From NCBI GenBank assembly GCA_016840465.1, contig JAEOSH010000017.1, positions 5,506 to 37,505 of the forward strand: 32,000 bases of DNA, in the 5' to 3' direction. Positions 10,006-19,740 of the stretch are shown in pieces. Numbering within the stretch: the first letter of the stretch is position 1; each line of letters opens with the position of its first letter. The DNA comes from Candidatus Baldrarchaeum yapensis. Lineage in GTDB: Archaea; Asgardarchaeota; Baldrarchaeia; Baldrarchaeales; Baldrarchaeaceae. The notes under the pieces were generated by a model, which was not told the origin of the DNA, did not search any database, and was given only the letters and a program-made list of their open reading frames with translations. Position numbers and translations under genes: made by a program.

Positions 10006-10479
10006 ATGGAACTCGTCCGCGAGGCGAAAACCCTCGTCGAGCAATTTCTTGACGTGGGGATTCCAGAGATCCCCGTGTACGTAACGACGGAGGAGGGGCT
10101 CAAAAGGGAACTCGCTAAACTGTACATGAAGAGAGGATACTCCAAAGAAGATGCCGAGGAAATAGCGGCTCGGAACGTCCGATTTCTCAGAGCCCTTTAC
10201 CTCAGGGAGGAGGGTATGATTCTTCTGAAGGAAGGGAGTGGCGAGAACCTGCAAACCCTCGTGCACGAGTTTCTTCACATTGTGCAGAAATGCGACGGTT
10301 CACCGCTCAGGAGGGAGAAGATCGTGATTTTCTTAACGTATAGGATGTTGCAGGACAAGTTTGAGCATGACCTCCTAACGCGAGCGGTCGTGGAGGAGTG
10401 GGAAGCTAAGGAGAGGTCCGTTGGATTAGAGAGAATAAAGCAAAGATTATTGGAAGAGGGTGATTGCAACGACCTCTAG
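10006..10479 (+). CDS. Hypothetical protein with HExxH zincin-like motif (putative metallopeptidase)
   Basis: LQTLVHEFLHIVQ plus a downstream Glu (RREKIV); ATG 10006 lies 4 nt after the HTH stop (ORF track start 9976). Confidence 0.55.
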   Translation: MELVREAKTLVEQFLDVGIPEIPVYVTTEEGLKRELAKLYMKRGYSKEDAEEIAARNVRFLRALYLREEGMILLKEGSGENLQTLVHEFLHIVQKCDGSPLRREKIVIFLTYRMLQDKFEHDLLTRAVVEEWEAKERSVGLERIKQRLLEEGDCNDL

Positions 10480-10643
10480 CGGTGTTTTCGACCCGTTTAA
10501 GTTTGAGATCGAAGATCTGCAAAACTCGGAGTTTCCTCCACTTCTGGTCACGACCGGGAAACTAAAATTTGGAGATGCATCATTCATTACTGGTGATTAC
10601 CCCCGCGCGGCATTCCATAGACTACAATTTTCGGGATAAGGCG

Positions 10644-11660
10644 ATGTACATGAAGATAAGGCTTCACATGAATGAGAATTTCTTCTTGGAGCGGGAGTGG
10701 CTGGTGAAGATCATTGCGAGAGTTTTGGACGATATCGACCCGAGAGTTTACCCGGAACCCTTTTCTGAGGATGTAAGGGCGTCCTTGGCCGAGTTCTACG
10801 GGGTGTCGCCGGACAATGTAGTGGTAGGAGCGGGTGGCGAACACATCATAGAGTTGGTCACGAAGACCTTCGGACGTGGTCATCGCGTGCTCACGGTCAC
10901 CCCCTCTTTTCCCCTATTTGACAAGTACGCGAACATGTATGGAAGGGGTGTCGAGAGAGTTCCACTAAGCGAGGGGTTCGACCTTCCCGTGGATGAGATT
11001 GTGAGAGCGGCGAAACGAGGAGATGTCTCGCTTGTTATGATAGATTCCCCTAATAACCCAACGGGCAGGCAGTTCGATGAAGATAAAGTTAGAGATCTAG
11101 TGGAGAAATTAAACGAGCGAAATGTTATCGTTCTGCTGGATGAGGCGTATGCCGACTTTGGGAGGTACTCCGCCCTCCCACTGGTGCTAGAGTTTTCCAA
11201 TTTAGTGATCCTTAAAACCTTTAGCAAGTCGTTTGGGCTTGCAGGACTGAGGATAGGCGCGGCCATTGCAAGTAAGAATCTAGCGGATAAGCTTTTGGAG
11301 AATCTCCCGCCCTATGCTGTCGATGTGGTATCTCAACGTGCGCTTAAGGCGGTTATTGAAAACCATGATTATGTTGCCAAAAAGATAAACGAGCTCAGGA
11401 GGGAGAGGTCGAGAGTTTTCTCGAAGCTTAAGGAGATAGACCAAATAGACGTTTTCCCGAGCGATGCGAACTTCCACATGATAAGACTCAAGAGCATGCG
11501 ATCATCCGAGGTGTGTAGCGCTCTTGCGGTCCGTGGGATCCTAGTTAAGGATCTAACCGAAGTTTTCGGAACGGAGGAGTACATCAGGGTGACTGTAGGC
11601 ACTCCCTCGATGAATGACGAGTTTCTGGCGACCCTGAAGAATATACTAACATCCACGTAG
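10644..11660 (+). CDS. hisC: Histidinol-phosphate aminotransferase-like class II PLP enzyme (HisC/CobD family)
   Basis: LHMNEN, RVYP, GAGGEHII, DSPNNPTG, LDEAYADF, LKTFSKSFGLAGLRIG (PLP Lys), SDANF, RVTVGT; start set at ATG 10644. CobD not excluded. Confidence 0.8.
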   Translation: MYMKIRLHMNENFFLEREWLVKIIARVLDDIDPRVYPEPFSEDVRASLAEFYGVSPDNVVVGAGGEHIIELVTKTFGRGHRVLTVTPSFPLFDKYANMYGRGVERVPLSEGFDLPVDEIVRAAKRGDVSLVMIDSPNNPTGRQFDEDKVRDLVEKLNERNVIVLLDEAYADFGRYSALPLVLEFSNLVILKTFSKSFGLAGLRIGAAIASKNLADKLLENLPPYAVDVVSQRALKAVIENHDYVAKKINELRRERSRVFSKLKEIDQIDVFPSDANFHMIRLKSMRSSEVCSALAVRGILVKDLTEVFGTEEYIRVTVGTPSMNDEFLATLKNILTST

Positions 11661-11844
11661 GTGGAAGGTACAGTGCCGGGAGTGCACCCATACGTGAAGA
11701 GAATGTCATTTTCGTCGAGCAACATTTTGGAAGAATCTCTGAAAAGCTTATGTATTACCTAGCGGTATTACTTCCTTCGAAAGATATATCTTTTAAGCCG
11801 AGGTCTTTCACCCAAAGGAGGTCGGCGCACGCTTTCTTTCAAAT

Positions 11845-11880
11845 TTTTATAATGAGGTGAAAAAAATTTACATTTTGTAA
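11845..11880 (+). promoter_or_regulatory. Putative TATA box and downstream palindromic operator of the disulfide reductase gene
   Basis: TTTTATAA (11845-11852) followed by TTACA-ttt-TGTAA (11868-11880) before ATG 11896. Confidence 0.35.
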
Positions 11881-11895
11881 TCAACTCAAAGACGA

Positions 11896-13239
11896 ATGGT
11901 GATGACCATGCCTAAGGTGGTTGTTATAGGCGGAGGACCTTCCGGAATATGCGCCGCGTTCTATGCAAAGCAACAGAACCCCGATGCGGACGTCGTAGTA
12001 ATAAGGAGAGAGCCGGGCTTTATAGTTCCGTGCGCAATACCGTATGCGTTCGGGCTCTTATCACCGGAGAAGATAATTTCGAAGAGCCCCGACAACCTAG
12101 TTACCAGCGTCGGTGTGAAGTTGGTGATAGACGAGGTTGTGGAGATAGATGCTTCGTCAAAGGTTGTCAAGACCGCAAAGGGCGAGAAGTTTCCCTACGA
12201 TAAACTGATACTGGCGACGGGTTCCGTGCCCGTGATGCCCCCAATACCCGGATCGGATCTAGAAAACGTTTTCCCGACGCCCAAGAGTCTCGACGCACTG
12301 TCTAATGTGGTAAAGGCCGTAGAAAAAGCAAAAAATGTCGTGATAATAGGAGGTGGATTTGCGGGCGTGGAAATAGCTGCGGAAGTTAGTCGACGCGGCA
12401 AAAAGGTATCAATAGTCGAGATGCTGCCGCATTGTCTACAATTGGCATTCGATGAGGAGTTCTGCGAGAAGGGTGAGGAGCACCTGAAGAATCACGGAAT
12501 AAATGTATACACTGGAGTAAAGGCGGAAAGATTCGTCGGGGATGGCGCGGTCAAGGAGGTCGAGTTGTCAAACGGTGAGAAAATACCGGCGGATGTCGTA
12601 ATCGTAGCTGTGGGTGTTAGACCCAACACCAAGCTTGCAACGGACATGGGCCTCGAATTGGGACCATTCAAGGCGATAAAGGTAGACGAGCACATGAGAA
12701 CAAGCAACCCGGACGTGTTTGCTGCGGGTGACTGCTGCGAAAAAATCTCGTTCATAACGAAGAAGCCTAGCAACTTAAGATTGGCGTCAATCGGCGCACG
12801 GGAAGGAAAAGTCGCGGGTATAAATGCAGCTGGTGGAGATGTCACCTTCCCGGGAGTTATCGGAGTATTTTCAACGGAATTCCTAGGGTTCGGAATGGGC
12901 GCCGCCGGATTCACAGAAAAGGCGGCGAAAGAGGAAGGAATCGATGTGGTTGTGGGCAATGCGGTCGGCTTCGACAAGCATCCGTCCACAATGCCCGGCA
13001 CGATGCAGATGCACGTGAAACTTATCTTCAGAAGAGAAGATATGAAGTTAATAGGCGGTCAGGTGTGTGGCGGCTTAACTGCGGGAGAAATTGCCAACAT
13101 GCTGGGATTCATGATCTACAAGGGCGCAACCGCCGAGGACCTGGCGAACATGCAGTACGGAACGCAACCAATGTTAACACCACCGCCGATATCATACTTG
13201 GTGTGTAGAGCCGCCGAAAATGCTCTCAGCGAAGCATAA
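11896..13239 (+). CDS. FAD-dependent pyridine nucleotide-disulfide oxidoreductase (CoA-disulfide reductase / NADH oxidase family)
   Basis: IGGGPSG FAD site, VPCAIPY redox Cys, LILATGS, IIGGGFAGVE NAD site, FAAGDC, C-terminal dimerisation domain. Confidence 0.9.
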   Translation: MVMTMPKVVVIGGGPSGICAAFYAKQQNPDADVVVIRREPGFIVPCAIPYAFGLLSPEKIISKSPDNLVTSVGVKLVIDEVVEIDASSKVVKTAKGEKFPYDKLILATGSVPVMPPIPGSDLENVFPTPKSLDALSNVVKAVEKAKNVVIIGGGFAGVEIAAEVSRRGKKVSIVEMLPHCLQLAFDEEFCEKGEEHLKNHGINVYTGVKAERFVGDGAVKEVELSNGEKIPADVVIVAVGVRPNTKLATDMGLELGPFKAIKVDEHMRTSNPDVFAAGDCCEKISFITKKPSNLRLASIGAREGKVAGINAAGGDVTFPGVIGVFSTEFLGFGMGAAGFTEKAAKEEGIDVVVGNAVGFDKHPSTMPGTMQMHVKLIFRREDMKLIGGQVCGGLTAGEIANMLGFMIYKGATAEDLANMQYGTQPMLTPPPISYLVCRAAENALSEA

Positions 13240-13244
13240 TCTCC

Positions 13245-14258
13245 CTAGTATCCTCTTTCTATGTCGACCATGTTTATCGGCTCCTCTCCCCTATAGATTC
13301 TTTTGATATTTTCTGCCACCTGCTTCAGCATACCCCAATATCCTTCCGGCGTTATGGCGGCCCTGTGCGGCGTCATCACTATATTCGGCAGTTCATGAAA
13401 CGGAAATTTCGATGGGTGGCATCTTTCCCCCTCGGAGCGCGGGTACCTGTACCACACGTCTATTCCGGCTCCGGCAATCCACCCCTCCTTGAGCGCCCTG
13501 TAAAGCGCCTCTTCATCGACCACCCTTCCACGTGCAACGTTTATCAGAAAGGCCGTGGGCTTCATCATTCTCAATTCGCGCTCCCCAATCATTCCACGGG
13601 TCTCCTTGGTCTCGGGCACGCAGATGACCACGAAGTCCGCGTTCTTCAAAACATATTCTAGATCCTGAGGCCCGCCGAGAAACTCCAGTCCCAACTCTTC
13701 CTTGATCTTGGGATCCGGAGTCCTCTTTATCGCAATTACTCGCATGCCCAACGCCTTTGCGCGCTTCGCCAGCTCCCTCCCCACGTGCCCCAACCCTATT
13801 ATACCGACCACCTTTCCCTCCAATTGCACCCCCATGTGCTCCCACGTGCCCAGCCATATACCCTCCCGCAACATTCTATCGCTTTCAACGACCCTTTTCG
13901 CCAGTGCAAACATCAATGCAAGTGCGTGCTCCGCCACTGATGGCGCATTGCCGTGAGTGTTTGCAACTTTCACGTTAAGACCTCTAACTGCCTCCAAAAG
14001 TTCCGCCCTGACCCCCGCTCCGAGCACTTGTATCAACTTCAGGTTCTTTCCTCGCTCCAACACCCTTCTCGAAAAACGTGCACCAAAGACAATATCCACA
14101 TCTCCTATTGTGCGTAAGGCCTCCTCATCATCCCGTGCAAGAAGAAACTCACAGGGCACATCAAGTAACTTCTTTAAATCGTCAACGTAACGCCAGTAGT
14201 TTTCCGCGACAAGGATCTTTAATGTTTTCCCTTCACGTTTCTCTTCATAACTGTTCAT
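13245..14258 (-). CDS. D-isomer-specific 2-hydroxyacid dehydrogenase (glyoxylate/hydroxypyruvate reductase-like)
   Basis: VAEHA, GIIGLGHVG, LINVARG, AGIDVW, VMTPH catalytic His. Confidence 0.92.
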   Translation of the reverse strand: MNSYEEKREGKTLKILVAENYWRYVDDLKKLLDVPCEFLLARDDEEALRTIGDVDIVFGARFSRRVLERGKNLKLIQVLGAGVRAELLEAVRGLNVKVANTHGNAPSVAEHALALMFALAKRVVESDRMLREGIWLGTWEHMGVQLEGKVVGIIGLGHVGRELAKRAKALGMRVIAIKRTPDPKIKEELGLEFLGGPQDLEYVLKNADFVVICVPETKETRGMIGERELRMMKPTAFLINVARGRVVDEEALYRALKEGWIAGAGIDVWYRYPRSEGERCHPSKFPFHELPNIVMTPHRAAITPEGYWGMLKQVAENIKRIYRGEEPINMVDIERGY

Positions 14259-14270
14259 TAAATCACCGCG

Positions 14271-14699
14271 TCACATCGAAATTACGTCTTTCGGCGTCAG
14301 CACCTCGAGATCCCAATACTCGCTGACCCTCTTAAAGTGTTTCACGTTTTTTGTGAGTAAGGAGTAACCATTTACTATACAAATTGCAGCTATGAAAGTG
14401 TCTCTTAACCCTATCTCCTTGCCTTCTCTCTTTAACCTCGTATCCATCTCGGCAGCAAGTTCAGCTGCGCTCTGATCTAGTGGAAGTTCGATAAGCCACG
14501 TCTTTAGTTCTTTTAATCTCTGAAGCTCTTCCGTCCTCTTTAACCATAATGGCCCTACGAAGAGTTCATATACCGTTATCGAGGAAACCGCCAATTTAGT
14601 GTTCGATTTCTTCAACATAAGAATTGCTTTAGCGGATTCCGATTTCTCCTCTCTGAGATACTCTATCAGCACATCGGTGTCTATACAGACTTTCTCCAT
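14271..14699 (-). CDS. vapC: PIN-domain VapC toxin
   Basis: IDTDVLI, ITVYEL, DTFIAAIC, LLTKNVKHF; start reset to ATG 14699, overlapping the antitoxin. Confidence 0.88.
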   Translation of the reverse strand: MEKVCIDTDVLIEYLREEKSESAKAILMLKKSNTKLAVSSITVYELFVGPLWLKRTEELQRLKELKTWLIELPLDQSAAELAAEMDTRLKREGKEIGLRDTFIAAICIVNGYSLLTKNVKHFKRVSEYWDLEVLTPKDVISM

Positions 14700-14926
14700 G
14701 ATCTCCAGCGCTCCTCTATCAACTTCTTTATTTCGTTGATGTCGATGTTCTTCCATGAGCCCGCCAACTCCTCTAAACTTCTTATCTTCCTGATGACTAT
14801 TTTGTCCCCCTCCAGCGATACGTCCACATATGTTCCCTCCCTTATGCCCAGTTTCTTACTAATAACAGATGGAATAGTTATCTGCCGATTTCTAGTAACT
14901 TTCACAATTACCATAATACTCACCAT
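14681..14926 (-). CDS. AbrB/MazE/SpoVT-family antitoxin
   Basis: KVTRNRQITIPSVISKKLGIREG pattern; upstream of and overlapping vapC. Confidence 0.88.
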   Translation of the reverse strand: MVSIMVIVKVTRNRQITIPSVISKKLGIREGTYVDVSLEGDKIVIRKIRSLEELAGSWKNIDINEIKKLIEERWRSWRKSV

Positions 14927-15186
14927 TCCTACTAAATTCTAAAGTAGCATAATAGAGTTGTGGTGTGCTCACCTGTATGCGGAATCGTTGAGGCTAACTG
15001 CAATAACCTTCCGCTAAAAATAAGTTTAGAGGAGAAAATACCACCGGGGCCCTGATATCTCCCGTAATGTCTGTAATCTTTCTACTAGTTACTTAGGATA
15101 GGAACGAAATTAAGAGTTTTATAAAGGTACGAGATAAAAAGTTTAATGTGAAAAACGAGTAGCATGGCGGGAACGGGGCGAACCCG

Positions 15187-17907
15187 ATGGATGAAAGTAT
15201 CGCGCGCATGAGTCCCCTGATGCGCCAGTACCTCAGCCTCAAGAGAAAATATCCGGATGCAATACTTTTCTTCAGGGTCGGCGACTTTTACGAAACCTAC
15301 GGAAAGGACGCAATCCTGGTATCGAAGGAGTTAGGAATTGCCCTCACGGTCAGGGATCGGGAAAGAGATCGCACCCCCATGGCGGGGGTTCCACATCACG
15401 CGGCGGAACCTTATATTGCAAAGCTTGTCAGACGCGGGTATAAGGTTGCGATAGCGGAGCAGCTCGAGGAGCCGAGCCCTAAGAAAAAACTGGTGCGGAG
15501 GGACGTAGTACGCATAATTACCCCCGGAACAGTGATAGAGGAGACCATCTTGGAGGATAAGTTTAACAACTATCTTGCAGGCGTTGTGAAGGCGAAGAAG
15601 GGTTACGGTGTCGCGTTTCTGGATATTTCCACCAGTGAGTTCTTCACAACGCAACTAGTCGGCGATAGAGCGCTTGACGACCTCCTCACCGAGTTATCGA
15701 GGTTCTCTCCCGCCGAAATTGTCCTTCCCGAGAGTTTGTACGCGGATAAGGAATTTGTGGCGAAAATTAGGGAGTATCTCGAGAGGGTGGCCTTCACCCC
15801 CTATCCGGATTACCACTTCGATTACGAGTTCGCCCGTGAGACCCTCCTCCAGCACTTCAAAGTGACATCACTCGAAGGTTTCGGATGCGAGGGAATGCCG
15901 CTGGCAGTTTCAGCGGCTGGCGCTGTTCTTTCTTATGTCCTCGATACCCAGAAGATGCAGGTCGAGAACATAAAGACCCTTAAAACCTACCACGTCGCCC
16001 AGTACATGATCCTTGATGGAACCACCATCAGAAATCTCGAACTGTTGCAGAACTTCAGGGATCTCAGCACACGTGGGACACTTCTGGAGGTTCTCGACAA
16101 GACCGTCACCTCCATGGGAAGCAGGCTCCTGAAGAGGTGGATTCTCCAGCCACTGATAAACGTGAAAGAGATAAACAGGAGACTGGACGCTGTCGAGGAA
16201 CTCGTGAATAATAGCTTCCTCAGAGAGGAGATAAGGGAACTGCTGGACGAGGTCTACGACATTGAGAGGATAATAAGCAGGCTGAACCTTGGCAGGCTGA
16301 ACCCCAAGGACATGATCGCATTGAAGGAGTCCCTAAAGAGGATACCGCAGATCGCCGACCTCCTTAAGGATACTAAGTCCGATCTTCTCAGGGAAATAAG
16401 GGAAGACCTAAATGGCCTCCCGGAGATCGTGGACCTCATCGAGAGGGCAATCGTTGATGACCCTCCACCGACCGTGCAGGAGGGCGGGATAATAAAGGAC
16501 GGCTTCAATGAGGAATTAGACAAGCTGAGGGAGGTCGTGAGGAAGGGGAAGCAGTGGATATTAGAACTTGAGCAGAGGGAGAGGGCGCGAACCGGGATAA
16601 AGTCACTGAAGGTCGGGTACAATAAAGTGTTCGGCTACTACATCGAGGTCCCGAAATCCCAAGCGAATAGGGTTCCGAAGGACTACATCAGAAAGCAGAC
16701 TCTGACCAATGCCGAGAGATTCATCACTCCCGAGCTCAAGGAGTACGAGGCCCAGGTACTGAACGCGGAAGACAGGATAAAGGAACTCGAGTACCAGATC
16801 TTCCAGGAGATCAGGAATAAGGTGTGCGAGAAAACGGAGGAAATCCAAAAAACTGCAAAGGCACTCGCAACACTTGATGTCCTTACAACATTCGCGAAGA
16901 TAGCCGTGGAGTACAATTACGTCCGACCGATAGTCGATGATAGCGATGTTATTGAGATAAAGGCCGGAAGGCACCCGGTAGTGGAGCAAATGATAGAGGA
17001 GGACTTTGTGCCGAACGACGCTTACCTCAACAACACGACCGACCAGATACTGATAGTCACGGGACCCAACATGGCGGGTAAATCAACCTACCTCAGGCAG
17101 GTGGCGCTAATAGTTCTGCTGGCGCAAATGGGATGTTTCGTCCCGGCAAAGTATGCTAGGATCGGTGTTGTCGATAGGATCTTCACGAGAGTCGGCGCAG
17201 TTGACGACATAACTAAGAGGCAGAGCACGTTTATGGTGGAGATGCTGGAGACCGCAAACATCCTCAATAACGCGACCTCGCGCAGTCTCATAATTCTGGA
17301 CGAGATAGGCAGAGGAACCTCGACGTTCGACGGGATGAGCATAGCTTGGGCGGTAATAGAGTACATACACAACCGCATCGGGGCAAAGACTCTGTTTGCA
17401 ACCCACTATCACCACCTCACGCAGATAGAACAGGTGCTCCCCCGGGTCAAGAACTACCACGTCGCGGTCGCTGAAGTTGACGGCAAGATGATATTCCTGA
17501 GGAAGGTGAAGCCGGGGCCATCTGACAGAAGCTACGGAATCCAAGTGGCAAAACTCGCAGGACTCCCACCTGAGGTCATCAGCAGAGCAGAGGAGATCCT
17601 CCACCTGATAGAGGAGCAGAGCAACATAAGGATCCCGGTGGAGAAGATCTCCAGTGTTTCTGCTCCCGAGTATGATGCGAGAGCCGAAGAAACCGTCGCA
17701 TCAATTGAGGATTTGATGCCCGAGATAGAAGTTAAGGAGGACGTAAAGAGGAAGATCGAGAGGATGAGGGAGGAGAGAGTCGAGGAGGCCGCGGTCGTGG
17801 AAGAGGGAGAGGAGGTTGTATCGGAAGCGGTAACCATGGAGGAAACCGAAGAGGAGAAGAAAAAGAAAGTTGCCCAATTCACTCTGGATCAATTCATCAA
17901 GAAGTAG
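15187..17907 (+). CDS. mutS: DNA mismatch repair protein MutS (MutS1 type)
   Basis: FFRVGDFYE (Phe-X-Glu), TGPNMAGKST, STFMVEM, DEIGRGTST, FATHYH, SYGIQVAKLAG; acidic tail ending QFTLDQFIKK. Confidence 0.97.
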   Translation: MDESIARMSPLMRQYLSLKRKYPDAILFFRVGDFYETYGKDAILVSKELGIALTVRDRERDRTPMAGVPHHAAEPYIAKLVRRGYKVAIAEQLEEPSPKKKLVRRDVVRIITPGTVIEETILEDKFNNYLAGVVKAKKGYGVAFLDISTSEFFTTQLVGDRALDDLLTELSRFSPAEIVLPESLYADKEFVAKIREYLERVAFTPYPDYHFDYEFARETLLQHFKVTSLEGFGCEGMPLAVSAAGAVLSYVLDTQKMQVENIKTLKTYHVAQYMILDGTTIRNLELLQNFRDLSTRGTLLEVLDKTVTSMGSRLLKRWILQPLINVKEINRRLDAVEELVNNSFLREEIRELLDEVYDIERIISRLNLGRLNPKDMIALKESLKRIPQIADLLKDTKSDLLREIREDLNGLPEIVDLIERAIVDDPPPTVQEGGIIKDGFNEELDKLREVVRKGKQWILELEQRERARTGIKSLKVGYNKVFGYYIEVPKSQANRVPKDYIRKQTLTNAERFITPELKEYEAQVLNAEDRIKELEYQIFQEIRNKVCEKTEEIQKTAKALATLDVLTTFAKIAVEYNYVRPIVDDSDVIEIKAGRHPVVEQMIEEDFVPNDAYLNNTTDQILIVTGPNMAGKSTYLRQVALIVLLAQMGCFVPAKYARIGVVDRIFTRVGAVDDITKRQSTFMVEMLETANILNNATSRSLIILDEIGRGTSTFDGMSIAWAVIEYIHNRIGAKTLFATHYHHLTQIEQVLPRVKNYHVAVAEVDGKMIFLRKVKPGPSDRSYGIQVAKLAGLPPEVISRAEEILHLIEEQSNIRIPVEKISSVSAPEYDARAEETVASIEDLMPEIEVKEDVKRKIERMREERVEEAAVVEEGEEVVSEAVTMEETEEEKKKKVAQFTLDQFIKK

Positions 17908-17916
17908 GTGTGATGA

Positions 17917-19653
17917 TTGCCGCGCATAATAAAACTCGATAAGAACGTGATTGAGAGGATAGCAGCGGGTGAGGTTGTAGAAAGACCCGCATCCGTCGTT
18001 AAGGAACTAATAGAAAACTCCATAGATGCGGGCGCGTCCAGGATCCTCATCGAGGTGCAGGGCGCGGGGCTGAAGAAGATAAGGGTCTCCGACGATGGAA
18101 TTGGCATGGACAAGGAGGATGCCGTGCTGGCGGTGCAGAGGTACACCACTAGCAAGATAAGATCCCCCGAGGATCTCGAGAGGATCGTGACCCTCGGCTT
18201 CCGGGGAGAGGCACTTGCAAGCATAGGTGCAGTCTCCTTCCTCAAAATCATAACTAGGACCCACGACTCCGAGATAGGCACAGAGGTCTCTGTCGAGGGC
18301 GGAACAATAAAGAGGGTGGAACCCGTAGGATGTTCACCTGGAACCACGGTCATCGTCGAGAACCTGTTCTTCAACGCGCCCGCACGAAAGAAGTTCTTGA
18401 AAAGCACAGACGTGGAACTCTCAGAGATAGTCAACACAGTCACTAGATACGTGCTGGCGTACCCCCACATATCCTTCCGCCTGATAAGTGATGGGAAGGT
18501 CCTAATATCATCACCAGCCGCAAGAGACCTTCTCGAGAAAATCCTGCACATTTACGGAAGAAGAGTAGCTGAGGCCATGATAAAGGTAGAATACGAAGCC
18601 GATGGGGTGAAGATAACTGGATATACCTCTAAACCCGATGTGACAAGAGGTACTCGCTCCCATATGAACATCTACGTCAACGGAAGGCCCGTGATAGATG
18701 AAACTCTATATAAGGCGATACTTGACGCGTATGGCCCCACCCTTCCGAAACGCAGATACCCTATCTGCGTCCTCAACCTAGAAATAGACCCCTCCCGCGT
18801 CGACGTAAACGTCCACCCCACGAAGAGAGAAGTCCGGTTTGACAACCCGGATCTTGTGTACAACGCCCTGCGCGATGCAATCCGCAACTCCTTATTCTCC
18901 CAGAAGGCGGTACCAGCCCCCGAGGAGAAGACCTTTATAATGCCGCCGGAGATGAGAGAATCGGAGAGGAGACTACCGGAGGTTAAACAGATCCCCTTAA
19001 CCAGTATAAGAGTCGAAGGCCTGCAGACGAAGTTGGAGGAGTTTGAAGAAAGGGAAAAGGAGGTTGTGTCCCGCGGGGTGACGTGGAAGATAGCAGGGCA
19101 GGTTGCGGACTCCTTCATAATAGCCTATGACGATGAGAACATGTATGTCATAGATCAGCACGCGGCCCACGAAAGAGTAATATTCGAAAGGCTGAGAAGG
19201 CGGAGAATGGAGAAGGGAATAAAGAAGCAGTCCCTACTGGCGCCAATAGTCGTGGAACTGCCGCCAGCGGAGGCGGAGTTCCTGAGAAGAAACATCGAGT
19301 ACTTTAAGAGCTTCGGAATAGATGTGGCGGAGTTTGGCGGGAACTCCTTTATCATAAGGGCACTTCCCGCAACAATCACGTCTGTAGATGAAAAATCCGT
19401 AAGGGAATTCCTGATGGAACTCCTGACGTCGAATGGTAGGGTTAGGAGGAAAGTTCCGTCGAGTGACGAGGTTCTCGCGACGATCGCATGTAGATCGGCC
19501 ATTAAAGCCGGCGAAAAACTGGATCCCGAAACCATGAGGAAAATTCTACAAGATTTACTGCGTGAGGTCAAAAACCCCTTCATATGCCCACACGGAAGAC
19601 CGACCATCGCAGTTTTTCCTATTTCAAGACTAAAAAAGCTATTTAAGAGATGA
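17917..19653 (+). CDS. mutL: DNA mismatch repair endonuclease MutL
   Basis: IAAGEVVERPASVVKELIENSIDAG, DDGIGM, TSKI, GFRGEALASI, DVNVHPTKREV; DQHAAHERVIFE, ACR, CPHGRP endonuclease motifs. Confidence 0.97.
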   Translation: MPRIIKLDKNVIERIAAGEVVERPASVVKELIENSIDAGASRILIEVQGAGLKKIRVSDDGIGMDKEDAVLAVQRYTTSKIRSPEDLERIVTLGFRGEALASIGAVSFLKIITRTHDSEIGTEVSVEGGTIKRVEPVGCSPGTTVIVENLFFNAPARKKFLKSTDVELSEIVNTVTRYVLAYPHISFRLISDGKVLISSPAARDLLEKILHIYGRRVAEAMIKVEYEADGVKITGYTSKPDVTRGTRSHMNIYVNGRPVIDETLYKAILDAYGPTLPKRRYPICVLNLEIDPSRVDVNVHPTKREVRFDNPDLVYNALRDAIRNSLFSQKAVPAPEEKTFIMPPEMRESERRLPEVKQIPLTSIRVEGLQTKLEEFEEREKEVVSRGVTWKIAGQVADSFIIAYDDENMYVIDQHAAHERVIFERLRRRRMEKGIKKQSLLAPIVVELPPAEAEFLRRNIEYFKSFGIDVAEFGGNSFIIRALPATITSVDEKSVREFLMELLTSNGRVRRKVPSSDEVLATIACRSAIKAGEKLDPETMRKILQDLLREVKNPFICPHGRPTIAVFPISRLKKLFKR

Positions 19654-19740
19654 AGATATGAACAAAAGATCGACACCCTGACCCAAAAACTTGATTGCTT
19701 CGAAGTAAAGGACGAATGTCGTGATTGATCGGGGATCTAA

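Noticed and set aside
11780-11825. Palindrome AAAGATATATCTTT and a weak resemblance to an IS200/IS605 end
   Set aside because: Isolated AT-rich palindrome; the hairpin expected for an IS end does not pair.
369-19676. Numerous antisense or alternative-frame ORFs overlapping identified genes (e.g. 369-695, 1805-2278, 3687-4283, 5980-6705, 17889-18551, 19155-19676)
   Set aside because: Shadow ORFs of well-supported genes, with no recognisable motifs.
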